NCBI GenBank assembly: GCA_045562555.1
Contig: JBJKVO010000016.1
Coordinates: forward strand, 48,474 to 112,473
Direction of reading: 5' to 3'
Origin: Dehalococcoidia bacterium
GTDB taxonomy: Bacteria; Chloroflexota; Dehalococcoidia; Lucifugimonadales; UBA3495
Length of the DNA stretch: 64,000 bases
Program-made: the position numbers and the translations under genes
Notes under the pieces: generated by a model
Databases searched by the model: none
What the model was told of the DNA's origin: nothing
Seen by the model: the letters and a program-made list of their open reading frames with translations, nothing else
In this document: piece after piece, positions 29,889-38,117 of the stretch
Position numbering within the stretch: position 1 is the first letter of the stretch
Layout of the letters: the number at the start of each line of letters is the position of its first letter

Positions 29889-30068
29889 GTGAATAAAGAT
29901 ATATTGAATGTTTTGGCGTGTCCTGTTTGTAAAAGTGACTTGTCCTTGGAAGATGAACAGATAGAAGCAGGTAAAGTTGTTTCGGGCTATTTAGTTTGTG
30001 GAGGGTGCAGTGAGAGGTATCCTGTTATAGATGGAATCCCTAACCTGCTCCCTCCAGACCTCAGGTGA
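29889..30068 (+). CDS. Trm112-family zinc-ribbon-like small protein (59 aa; below the ORF-track cutoff)
   Basis: GTG at 29889 lies 5 nt after GAGGAG. The translation MNKDILNVLACPVCKSDLSLEDEQ...GYLVCGGCSERYPVIDGIPNLLPPDLR has the CPxC...GIP signature of Trm112/DUF343 proteins. TGA at 30066-30068. Confidence 0.7.
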   Translation: MNKDILNVLACPVCKSDLSLEDEQIEAGKVVSGYLVCGGCSERYPVIDGIPNLLPPDLR

Positions 30069-30614
30069 TTAATAACCTACTGTCAAGGTTCTGATTATTA
30101 TAGGAGCTAGCTCTTCGGCTCTCGCTCTTAAAGTTTCCCTGTCCAGATTTCCGATGGGATGTTGGGTAAATATTGTAGGATAGTTATCGGCTCCCCAGAG
30201 CTTGGCCATTGCGGCTGCGGTTTGGACAAACCTGTCAGTGCAAATCGTAGCGGAAGGGACGCCTTGTTTCTCTGAATGTATTCCGTCGTGCACACTGCAC
30301 GCGCTACAGGATCCTCAATCCCCGATTGCTATTATGATTGCATCTGTAGCTTTAGCTAATTCTTCTAGTTCAGCCGGGTCAGCAGGTTTGGATGCGCTGG
30401 GCTTCTTAAGCCAGGAGATGCTATTTACTTCGTATTTTTCGGTAAGCACTGCAGCGATTTCCTCCAGAAGCACATCAGCATTTCTTTTACTGTCATCTAT
30501 CAAACCTATATTAGCACCGGCGATTGTAGGTATTCTAGGGGCTCCTTCGAAAGCAGGTACTATAGCTTCTGTTGTGGGGTCTACCAATGTGAAAGTTTCT
30601 TTTACGTTGACCAT
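30069..30614 (-). CDS. Predicted selenoprotein, UGSC-type (in-frame TGA at 30317-30315 read as selenocysteine); 181 codons
   Basis: Track ORFs 30315-30614 and 30069-30293 share strand and frame. Only a TGA plus 7 sense codons separate them. Read-through gives ...DAIIIAIGD-U-GSCSACSVHDGIH.... AAGGAG RBS before the ATG at 30614, and none before the second ORF, whose 'M' is an internal GTG. Confidence 0.72.
30287..30301 (-). promoter_or_regulatory. Candidate bacterial SECIS apical hairpin
   Basis: The mRNA sequence CGUGCA-GUG-UGCACG (6-bp stem; the G/U-containing loop can open to AGUGU) begins 14 nt after the UGA. A possible closing helix is GUAGCG (30307-30302) with CGCUAC (30252-30247). Confidence 0.35.
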
Positions 30615-30624
30615 AATTCTCCTT

Positions 30625-31695
30625 CTAAACCTGGAATGATTTGGTTGTAGATGTTGAGGACACTTTAGGACCCCAACTCGGTATCACTGAAGACATATCC
30701 GCTTCTTCTCCTCCGGCGAATACTACCATTATATCGTCTGGATTCTCTATCAAGTGTATAAATTCTCGAGAATCGGATTCAATAATCTCGCCAGGTAATA
30801 CCAAAGCTGTCTTCAAGTCGTATTTTGATTTTTTGATCCGTTTATGTAAGTGACTCTGGATGTCTTGTTTACTCCAGTCGCTCCACAAAGAACTGTGACC
30901 AGCAATTGTAACTACTATTTCGCCCTGCCGTACCCCGGTTTCAGATTTACCCACTGATCCAGATGTTGACATAGAAGTTCCAAGAGAAGAGGCTGCATCC
31001 GCGATACAATGAAGGATAGCCTCAGGTTTTCCAACGGACCTTACTTGTCTGGGCGACTCACCTGCAAATGCCGTAACAGTACTGGTATTTGCAGAGTATC
31101 CTTTCTGTACGCTTAGAGGATCCCAGTGAGTTTCGGTTTGCGCTTCCGCTATACAATATGAATATTTGCCTGGATGACCTATGACTGACCTGTCAAATAG
31201 TCCGGGTATTGCAGCGCAAGCATTCATGAGAATTAATCGAATGCTCCTGCCAATTGTTGCGTTAGCCCGGTTGCCTGGTCCAAAGAGGTTATTTCTCGAA
31301 TTCAATCCTATTTTTTGTACTATCGGTCCGTTGAAAATCAAGAGTATCCCAGCGCCTCCTAAGCTCGAAGATGGTCCTATTAGATTGAACTTAGGATCTA
31401 ATATTGCCTCGGTTGCTGCGATCACCGCAGGGAAATGCTCAGGGAGGCACCCTGCCATTACAGCATTCGCTGCTACTTTATCTAATGTTATGAGTCGCCG
31501 GCGTTCAGGAATCTCGCCAATTACATGGGTTCCTGGCAAGTGAACGCCGCTGAGGAATTCGTTGACTCTTTCGGATGTAGGTGGGACTACAGGAAGTCCA
31601 TCTGTCCACCCAAGTTCATAACAACTCTCTATACCGGATAAAGTATCGTCAAATTCTACTTGGACTGTTTTGGTGTCAGGTTGGCTGTCACTCAT
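30625..31695 (-). CDS. Conserved-looking protein of unknown function (356 aa)
   Basis: Its start overlaps the upstream stop (TAATG at 31695). Its stop overlaps the RBS of the selenoprotein gene. The GWTDGLPVVPPT motif is noted, but I cannot assign a family. Confidence 0.6.
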   Translation of the reverse strand: MSDSQPDTKTVQVEFDDTLSGIESCYELGWTDGLPVVPPTSERVNEFLSGVHLPGTHVIGEIPERRRLITLDKVAANAVMAGCLPEHFPAVIAATEAILDPKFNLIGPSSSLGGAGILLIFNGPIVQKIGLNSRNNLFGPGNRANATIGRSIRLILMNACAAIPGLFDRSVIGHPGKYSYCIAEAQTETHWDPLSVQKGYSANTSTVTAFAGESPRQVRSVGKPEAILHCIADAASSLGTSMSTSGSVGKSETGVRQGEIVVTIAGHSSLWSDWSKQDIQSHLHKRIKKSKYDLKTALVLPGEIIESDSREFIHLIENPDDIMVVFAGGEEADMSSVIPSWGPKVSSTSTTKSFQV

Positions 31696-32642
31696 TATCT
31701 GACTCTGGCGTATTTGGACAGACTCCTCATTTCGCGAGGTTGGTCTAAATGAGAGCCTCTGATTGTGTATGACACTTCAGATACATAGATTGCTCCTGTA
31801 GAGTCTACTGCTATTCCGTGAGGAGCTATAAACTGTCCAGGACCTTCCCCTTCTTCTTTGTCTCCAAAGACACATACTCTATTTCCATCTAAGTCGTAGA
31901 TAGATACACGATGACCCAAACCTGGGGCGTCATCCACTCCACCCATTCCGTTTAGCTCGCCTATGTATATGTGGTTATCCCATAAGACCATGCAGTCGGG
32001 ACGATGAATGTTATTCCACATTGTTATGAAATTACCTTCTACATCAAATATTTGTATTCGATGGCATTCTCTGTCGACTACGTATACACGTTCGTTATCA
32101 TCTATTGCGATGTTATGAGGACGAATGAATTGTCCCGCATCGATTCCGGGCTCTCCCCAGGAAAATTTATATTCTCCGTCTCCAGTGTATACGTGGATTC
32201 TGGAGTTTCCATATCCGTCAGATATGTAAATGTCTCCGTTACTGGGTCTAATAGCAGCGGAAGTAGGCCTGTTGAAAGGTTGTCCACTCCATCTGGGTGC
32301 TGGATGGTTTCGTTCTCCGATTTCCATCAATTTTTCTCCGGAAGTGGAGAATTTTTGAATGGTATGGATACCGTCATCTGCTGCGAGCAATGAATCGTCG
32401 TGAGCGATGTACAAACCGTGTGTTCTGTTTTCGCTGAATTCTCCTTGGCCTATAGATCGTAGGTAATTACCTTCTTGGTCAAATACCATTATTGGTTCCG
32501 GTCCTCTAGTGAGAACAAATACTTGGTCGTTAGAGTCGCATACTACTCCTGGGCATTCTAACAACCTCTTTCCTTCTGGCAATTTAACCCAATCCTCTAC
32601 AAATGTGTATTGGAAATCACCTTGTCCGTATATTTCGCTCAT
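31695..32642 (-). CDS. NHL-repeat six-bladed beta-propeller protein (peptidyl-hydroxyglycine lyase-like)
   Basis: Repeated GxGxGQFxxPHGIAxD-type blades (GQFIRPHNIAIDDNERVYVVDRECHRIQIFD; GQFIAPHGIAVDSTGAIYVSE). GGAGG RBS. Confidence 0.75.
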   Translation of the reverse strand: MSEIYGQGDFQYTFVEDWVKLPEGKRLLECPGVVCDSNDQVFVLTRGPEPIMVFDQEGNYLRSIGQGEFSENRTHGLYIAHDDSLLAADDGIHTIQKFSTSGEKLMEIGERNHPAPRWSGQPFNRPTSAAIRPSNGDIYISDGYGNSRIHVYTGDGEYKFSWGEPGIDAGQFIRPHNIAIDDNERVYVVDRECHRIQIFDVEGNFITMWNNIHRPDCMVLWDNHIYIGELNGMGGVDDAPGLGHRVSIYDLDGNRVCVFGDKEEGEGPGQFIAPHGIAVDSTGAIYVSEVSYTIRGSHLDQPREMRSLSKYARVR

Positions 32643-32653
32643 GTTACTCCTCC

Positions 32654-32677
32654 ATTTTTATTTTTATTTTTATTTTA
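32654..32677. repeat. Hexamer A/T-tract tandem repeat (ATTTTT x4 on the plus strand)
   Basis: ATTTTTATTTTTATTTTTATTTTA spans the GMC gene stop and the gap before the NHL gene. On the coding strand it reads CTA AAA TAA AAA TAA AAA TAA AAA, three in-frame TAA stops. Confidence 0.9.
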
Positions 32678-34265
32678 GTAATGAGTTTCCTTCCCCTTGT
32701 ATATAATCCGCGGTTCGTAGTGCAAGAGCATGAATGGTAGGTGTTGGGTTTATGCAAGCACCAGTTGTGAATACACTGCCATCAACTATAAAAAGATTCG
32801 ATACATCATGGGTTTTGCACCAACGGTCCACTACAGATGTTTCGGGATTTGTTCCCATTTTGGCTGTGCCTAGTAGGTGCCATCCTGTATTACGCCGCTG
32901 ATTGGATAGCATCACATCGTGAGCTCCAGATGCTTCCATAATTTCTTTCGCTCTGGCGACCCCGTGTTTTAACATTTTCTGGGTATTTTCGCTCAAAGTG
33001 TAGTCTATCTTAGGAGCAGGGATTCCGTCACTATCAGTCAGGACAGGATCTAAGGTGACTCGATTATGTTCCTCTGGAAGGTCCTCGGTCATGACAGTGA
33101 TCGTAGCGGTGTGCTGGAATCGCTCTTTGAATTTCGCATGGTGTTGTTCCCCCCATTCGACAGGAATACCTACTAGCCCACCCAATGCTGTGCCAATGGG
33201 TGTAGTAGCTTGGCTGGTTATCTGCAAATCATAACCTCTAAAAAATCCTCTATCTTTGTCTGTTTCGTAAAATTCTTGGCATAGCATCGCACTTCCTCTT
33301 GGTCCTGCTGGAGAGCCAAAATTCTCTTCAAATACTCCTACAACTCCTCCACAAGGGTGATGCATTAAGTTCTTGCCCACTAATCCACTGGAATTCGCTA
33401 GTCCATCTGGGAATTTCGCGCTTTTTGAATTTAATAAAAGTCTAGCGGTTCCAATTCCGTTACATGCAACTATAACTATTTTGGCTGTTATTTGCTTAAG
33501 GTCTCCTGATTGGTCATAGTAAAGAGCTCCAACGGCTTTGCCATCTTTGTCAACAAGGATCTCACGTACCCTACAATTGGTCTTTAGTGTTGCTCCTAAA
33601 GCGATTGCCTTAGGCCAATAAATAATGTCACTACTGGAAAATGACCGTAAAAAAGCTCCTCTGTCGGGCTCTCGTCCATCATAATAAACCGATGAATTCG
33701 CGTTGTCGGAATGCCACCAATGCCACCCTAGTTTGTTGATGCCTTTAGCTAATGCTTCTCCTGCGGCATTCAATGGTAATGGCGGAGTAGGGCGTGTAGG
33801 TTTGTCAGGGTATGCCGGGTCTCCGTTTAGACCTGAAACCCCGTGCATTTGGTCATTGATGTCGTAATAAGGTTCGACTTCCTGGTAGGAAAGGGGCCAG
33901 TCTTCAGCCACACCGTCAGTCGTCTTTACCTTGAAGTCAGAAGGGTGAAATCTTGGTATGTGCGAGCCATAATGAAGGGTGCTTCCTCCAACTCCGTTGT
34001 ACATTAAAGGAGCAATTGGAGAGTTACTGTCGTTAACTGGATAATCTTCCGGTAATTGTCTGATATTTGGATCTGGATGAAATGCGGTTTGCCAATAGAT
34101 AGGAGATATTGGAGATGTAGACGGGAACGCATCGTAAGGGAGCCAGTCCCCTTGTTCCAAGCAAGTTACTCGGATTCCTGCTTTTGACAGAGACCATGTC
34201 ACGGCTGCTCCCGAGGCTCCTCCTCCGATTACCAGAACGTCTGTATCGAGATTGCTAGTTGGCAT
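32670..34265 (-). CDS. GMC-family FAD-dependent oxidoreductase
   Basis: N-terminal DVLVIGGGASGAAV dinucleotide fold. C-terminal GTAKMG...VVD...HDVSNLFIVDGSVF is typical of glucose-methanol-choline oxidoreductases. Confidence 0.88.
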   Translation of the reverse strand: MPTSNLDTDVLVIGGGASGAAVTWSLSKAGIRVTCLEQGDWLPYDAFPSTSPISPIYWQTAFHPDPNIRQLPEDYPVNDSNSPIAPLMYNGVGGSTLHYGSHIPRFHPSDFKVKTTDGVAEDWPLSYQEVEPYYDINDQMHGVSGLNGDPAYPDKPTRPTPPLPLNAAGEALAKGINKLGWHWWHSDNANSSVYYDGREPDRGAFLRSFSSSDIIYWPKAIALGATLKTNCRVREILVDKDGKAVGALYYDQSGDLKQITAKIVIVACNGIGTARLLLNSKSAKFPDGLANSSGLVGKNLMHHPCGGVVGVFEENFGSPAGPRGSAMLCQEFYETDKDRGFFRGYDLQITSQATTPIGTALGGLVGIPVEWGEQHHAKFKERFQHTATITVMTEDLPEEHNRVTLDPVLTDSDGIPAPKIDYTLSENTQKMLKHGVARAKEIMEASGAHDVMLSNQRRNTGWHLLGTAKMGTNPETSVVDRWCKTHDVSNLFIVDGSVFTTGACINPTPTIHALALRTADYIQGEGNSLLK

Positions 34266-34279
34266 ATCTATAGTTCTAT

Positions 34280-35485
34280 CTAACTATGGTTCGCGTTTTC
34301 GAAGACAGCTGAGACTCCTTGTCCTCCACCAACGCACATAGTTTCTAATCCATAACGGTGACCTTCTCGGCGCATTTCGTGGAGCAATGTTGTTAAGATT
34401 CTGGCTCCAGTCGCTGCTATGGGATGGCCGAGAGAAATTCCTGAACCATTGACATTTAATATTTCTTCATTAGGAAGTTTCCATTCCCTTAATACAGCTA
34501 GTACTTGCGCGGCAAAAGCTTCGTTCAGTTCAATTATGTCCATGTCTTCTAATGAGAGACCAAGTTTGGACATCACTTTGTTAGTCGAAGGGACTGGACC
34601 GATTCCCATGGTTGCAGGATGACATCCGGTTACGGCCCATCCTCTTAGATATGCCATAGGTTCTAATCCTAGTTCTTCTAGTTTATCTTCTGCTACAACC
34701 AAGCACATAGAAGCGGCGTCGTTTTGGCTGCTGGCATTTCCGGCTGTAACTGTTCCGTCTTTCATAACTGGTCGAAGTTTTCCAAGGATGTCCATGGTAG
34801 TGCTAGCTCGAGGACCCTCATCTTTGTCAAAAATGATCGGATCTCCTCGTCTTTGGGGGATGGACACAGGCACGATCTCGTCAGAGAATTTTCCAGATTC
34901 CGATGCCTTAACTGCTCTCTGGTGGCTTCTTAGGGCATATTCGTCTTGTTCTTGCCTGCCAATTTCGTATTGTTCGGCAAGGTTTTCCGCTGTCCCCACC
35001 ATTCCCGCTATATGCCCGAATCTCTCTTCCGGTGCTATGGTGACCCTAGCTCGTTCTAGTCTGTCATGAAACTCAACGGTCCCGAAGCGAGCTCCCCATC
35101 TTGACTCGTTCGTATAATATTCCACATTACTCATGCTCTCGACCCCGCCGGCTACGACGACGTCAGCATTGTCAGTTTGAATTAACATAGAGGCGTTCAA
35201 GATTGCTTGCAGTCCGGAGGAACATCTGCGGTCTAGTTGATATCCAGGCACTTCTATTGGCAAATCCGATTTTAAGCCTGTTAGCCTTCCAATTGCAGGA
35301 TTTTCTCCGCTCGGATACCCATGCCCTAAAATCACGTCATCAATTTTGGTTACGTCTAAATTTGTATTGGCAATTATTTGTTTCAGCACGATTGCTCCCA
35401 GGTCTGCTGCAGAGATGGGTTTTAAAGATCCTCCAAATCCGCCAACCGCAGTCCTCAGCGGTGAAACTATTGCTACTCCTCGCAT
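34280..35485 (-). CDS. Acetyl-CoA C-acetyltransferase (thiolase II)
   Basis: Active-site segments RRCSSGLQA (Cys), NGSGISLGHPIAATG (His) and CVGGGQG (Cys). 401 aa. Confidence 0.92.
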   Translation of the reverse strand: MRGVAIVSPLRTAVGGFGGSLKPISAADLGAIVLKQIIANTNLDVTKIDDVILGHGYPSGENPAIGRLTGLKSDLPIEVPGYQLDRRCSSGLQAILNASMLIQTDNADVVVAGGVESMSNVEYYTNESRWGARFGTVEFHDRLERARVTIAPEERFGHIAGMVGTAENLAEQYEIGRQEQDEYALRSHQRAVKASESGKFSDEIVPVSIPQRRGDPIIFDKDEGPRASTTMDILGKLRPVMKDGTVTAGNASSQNDAASMCLVVAEDKLEELGLEPMAYLRGWAVTGCHPATMGIGPVPSTNKVMSKLGLSLEDMDIIELNEAFAAQVLAVLREWKLPNEEILNVNGSGISLGHPIAATGARILTTLLHEMRREGHRYGLETMCVGGGQGVSAVFENANHS

Positions 35486-35565
35486 ACTACACTCCTGTTC
35501 TCTTGGATACGAGCAATTCTACAAGTAAATTAAATGGTTGTCGAATTCAAAAATGATGTTAGGAG

Positions 35566-35594
35566 CTTTCAAAAACTTAAAAAAAATGTATAAT
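35566..35594 (+). promoter_or_regulatory. Putative promoter of tRNA-Ala
   Basis: A perfect TATAAT at 35589-35594 immediately preceded by TG, about 15 nt upstream of the mature tRNA 5' end. The -35 is weak (TTTCAA/CTTTCA). Confidence 0.45.
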
Positions 35595-35609
35595 ATTGTC
35601 CATCGGTAC

Positions 35610-35682
35610 GGGGGTGTAGCTCAGCTGGGAGAGCGCCTGCTTTGCAAGCAGGAAGTCAGGGGTTCGAGTCCCCTCTCCTCCA
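35610..35682 (+). tRNA. tRNA-Ala (anticodon UGC)
   Basis: Manual cloverleaf: acceptor GGGGGUG/CUCCUCC with the G3:U70 alanine identity pair, D arm GCUC-AGCUGGGA-GAGC, anticodon arm CCUGC-UUUGCAA-GCAGG, T arm AGGGG-UUCGAGU-CCCCU, discriminator A. It is followed by CC-G, so CCA is not fully encoded. Confidence 0.95.
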
Positions 35683-35720
35683 CCGAATTTCCTGGTTGTC
35701 GGAAAGGGACCAAGAGTATT

Positions 35721-36314
35721 ATGCCTGATATCAGTATAAGCGATAAGGTTCATACCAAACTTCAAGACATGGCGTTCTTACAAGAACTTACTGTAGACGA
35801 AGTATTGTCTGATGTTCTAGGAATTTCGGAAGTTTCTCGTACCAGAATCAATCCAAATGACATTGGACCAGCAGATCTGTATCAAACATTGGTGTTATTG
35901 GTTGGAGTAGCATACGGCTTGGATCGAGCAGAATTCTCTGGTCTGATAGGGACTGATAAAAAGAATATTACTGTCTCTCGTAAATTTGTGCAGGATCAAA
36001 TTTTTGAGATGCTAGGCTCCTCCTATTTTGTGCATCACAGGGATGAATTACAGAGTGTTTCTCAAGGACTGCCCCGATGGAAGAACAGAATTGGCAACGC
36101 GTTGGCTACCCTAACGAAGAGAGGAATGCTTGAGCATTCAAGAAGTGCCAGCGGTAAGCTGATCCCTGGCAGCTTCGTAGTCACTAAAAAGGGTTATGTG
36201 TATATAATGACCCACTTATTAGACAAAAGTCACCATTCTTATCGTGATATCAGTGTGAAATACCCTAGAGTGTATAGTGGGATAATAAGTTTAATAGACA
36301 AGATAAAACCCTGA
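35721..36314 (+). CDS. Hypothetical protein with a C-terminal Mrr_N-like winged-helix segment
   Basis: The track ORF 35538-36314 reads through the tRNA. The first plausible start is the ATG at 35721 (MPDISISDK...). LPRWKNRIGNALATLTKRGMLE...VVTKKG resembles restriction-system N-terminal wHTH domains. Confidence 0.5.
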   Translation: MPDISISDKVHTKLQDMAFLQELTVDEVLSDVLGISEVSRTRINPNDIGPADLYQTLVLLVGVAYGLDRAEFSGLIGTDKKNITVSRKFVQDQIFEMLGSSYFVHHRDELQSVSQGLPRWKNRIGNALATLTKRGMLEHSRSASGKLIPGSFVVTKKGYVYIMTHLLDKSHHSYRDISVKYPRVYSGIISLIDKIKP

Positions 36315-36412
36315 CATGAATGATTAACTCAGGTTATCAATCACATACATCGGCAATGCTCTGTGAACGTCATTGTTCCGATGGGTACAAATTCTAAGAT
36401 CCGACTAATCTC

Positions 36413-37252
36413 TTATGACCTTTTCGATAACTGTTGGCTGATTCCTGGTTTCAACTGACTGTAATTTGTTTTAGCCGGGAATGATTTATTTGAGACGCTT
36501 ATTTTGAAGTCTTTGAATGCTTGGAGTGAACCTGCGCCTAACTCAGCGAATTTCCCTGCATGTCTGGGAGTGTATTCAATTGATAATCCAAGGATGTCAT
36601 GGGCTACCTGTACCTGGCCACTACAATATGGACCAGCACCTATACCAATCGTTGGGATTGTTAATTCTTCGGTGATTATTTGTGATAATTCCGCGGGTAC
36701 TAGTTCTAGTACCACTGCAAAGGCTCCTGCTTCTTCTACAGCTCTTGCGTCTTCTATCAACGCTTTAGCCCCTTTTAGAGTATTGCCTTGTAATTTGAAA
36801 CCACCTAACGCATGCACAGATTGAGGTGTCAGTCCAATGTGACTCATAACAGGTATTCCGGCTTCAACTAGCGAAGTTATAGTAGAGCAGACAGTTTTGC
36901 CTCCTTCCAATTTTACCGCTCCTGCGCCACCTTCTTGGATAATCCTGGCCGCGTTGACCATAGTCATATCCTGTGCGCCGTGGTACGACATGAAAGGCAT
37001 GTCTGTAACGACCATTGCGTTGCTGCTACCTCTAACTACAGGACGAGTGTGATGAACCATGTCTGAAACGGTAACTTCGACTGTTGAATTATATCCCAGG
37101 ACCACCATGCCTAGGCTATCTCCTACTAATAGAATAGGTATTTCTGCTTGGTCGGCAAGTTTAGCAGTGTGGTAATCATATGCTGTCAACATAGTGAAGG
37201 GCTCTGGAGAACTTTTGAAGTTCATAACGTCTGTGATTGAAATCCGTGGCAT
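36413..37252 (-). CDS. panB: 3-methyl-2-oxobutanoate hydroxymethyltransferase
   Basis: LTAYDY, LLVGDSLGMV and VKLEGG motifs. The ATG at 37252 lies 1 nt after the upstream stop. The track start at 37291 would overlap the upstream gene. Confidence 0.92.
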   Translation of the reverse strand: MPRISITDVMNFKSSPEPFTMLTAYDYHTAKLADQAEIPILLVGDSLGMVVLGYNSTVEVTVSDMVHHTRPVVRGSSNAMVVTDMPFMSYHGAQDMTMVNAARIIQEGGAGAVKLEGGKTVCSTITSLVEAGIPVMSHIGLTPQSVHALGGFKLQGNTLKGAKALIEDARAVEEAGAFAVVLELVPAELSQIITEELTIPTIGIGAGPYCSGQVQVAHDILGLSIEYTPRHAGKFAELGAGSLQAFKDFKISVSNKSFPAKTNYSQLKPGISQQLSKRS

Positions 37253-37253
37253 G

Positions 37254-38117
37254 TTATTGGTCCTCCTGCATTTGTGTAGAACTGGCGTCATCTCGGTTGC
37301 TTATCATTTGCGTGGAATGACGAGTTAAATTCGCGTAGGTTTCTAAAATACTAGGGTCATTTTCTCTTAGCCAATCTATATGGCGGAGCACGGTAGTTTT
37401 ATCGTGACGCGCGGCAGGCCCAGTCAAAGAACTTGCGCCCTGGACAAAATAGTTGTCTATAGTCGTATTTACTATGGTTTTCAAAGCCTCAGTTGATTCA
37501 AGTCTTGTGAGCCCGGCTTTGGTCATGATCGAATTTGATAATTCTAATAAGGTTGTTATGTGCCCACATGCCATAACTGCTGCTATGTGATAAGGCGTCT
37601 TCATCTCGTCAGCGATGTTGATCCAGCACCCATCGAGTAGGGTAGATAGTTGGGATAATGTATTGCGGACCGATTCAAATCGGGAAGTGATCCCGAAGGT
37701 CACACTCGTGAAGATCCCAATATAATTTTCTAAGTTTTGGGTTTTTGATACTGTTTGCAATGGATGGAATATTCCTGTTTTAGCTCCTTGTGTCTCTGCA
37801 TGGTTGAGTATCGATGACTCTAACGTTCCAGAGCAATGGACCACGATGTGTTCGGGGCTCCAGGATAAAGAGTCAGATATTGTGGAAATTTCGGAGTCAG
37901 GGGATGTAATAAAGATTAGGTCTACAGCTTGGAGTAACTCTTCCAGAGATTGGAAATTGATGCAACTAGGAGGTAGGGAATGATCCGGAATGTCACTATG
38001 AGTACCGTTAGAGGCCCCTGTTACTGTTAGTCCTGCGTCTACATAATTCCAAGCAAGGGCTCTTGCGAGTTTCCCGTATCCTATAAATCCAATTCTCAGA
38101 TTAGCAAGTGTTGTCAT
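37254..38117 (-). CDS. Rossmann-fold NAD(P)-binding protein, DUF2520-like; possible PanG-type ketopantoate reductase
   Basis: N-terminal IGFIGYGKLARALA dinucleotide fold and a helical C-terminal domain. Tightly coupled to panB (1-nt gap). The function is inferred from context only. Confidence 0.55.
   Translation of the reverse strand: MTTLANLRIGFIGYGKLARALAWNYVDAGLTVTGASNGTHSDIPDHSLPPSCINFQSLEELLQAVDLIFITSPDSEISTISDSLSWSPEHIVVHCSGTLESSILNHAETQGAKTGIFHPLQTVSKTQNLENYIGIFTSVTFGITSRFESVRNTLSQLSTLLDGCWINIADEMKTPYHIAAVMACGHITTLLELSNSIMTKAGLTRLESTEALKTIVNTTIDNYFVQGASSLTGPAARHDKTTVLRHIDWLRENDPSILETYANLTRHSTQMISNRDDASSTQMQEDQ

Noticed and set aside
30202-30639. A 145-aa plus-strand ORF antisense to the selenoprotein gene.
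   Set aside because: It has a low-complexity Ala/Ser-rich translation and no RBS. It lies entirely opposite a gene with strong coding features, so it is a shadow ORF.
35538-35720. The N-terminal 61 codons of track ORF 35538-36314.
   Set aside because: This segment reads straight through the tRNA-Ala gene (35610-35682) and its promoter. The coding call was trimmed to the ATG at 35721.
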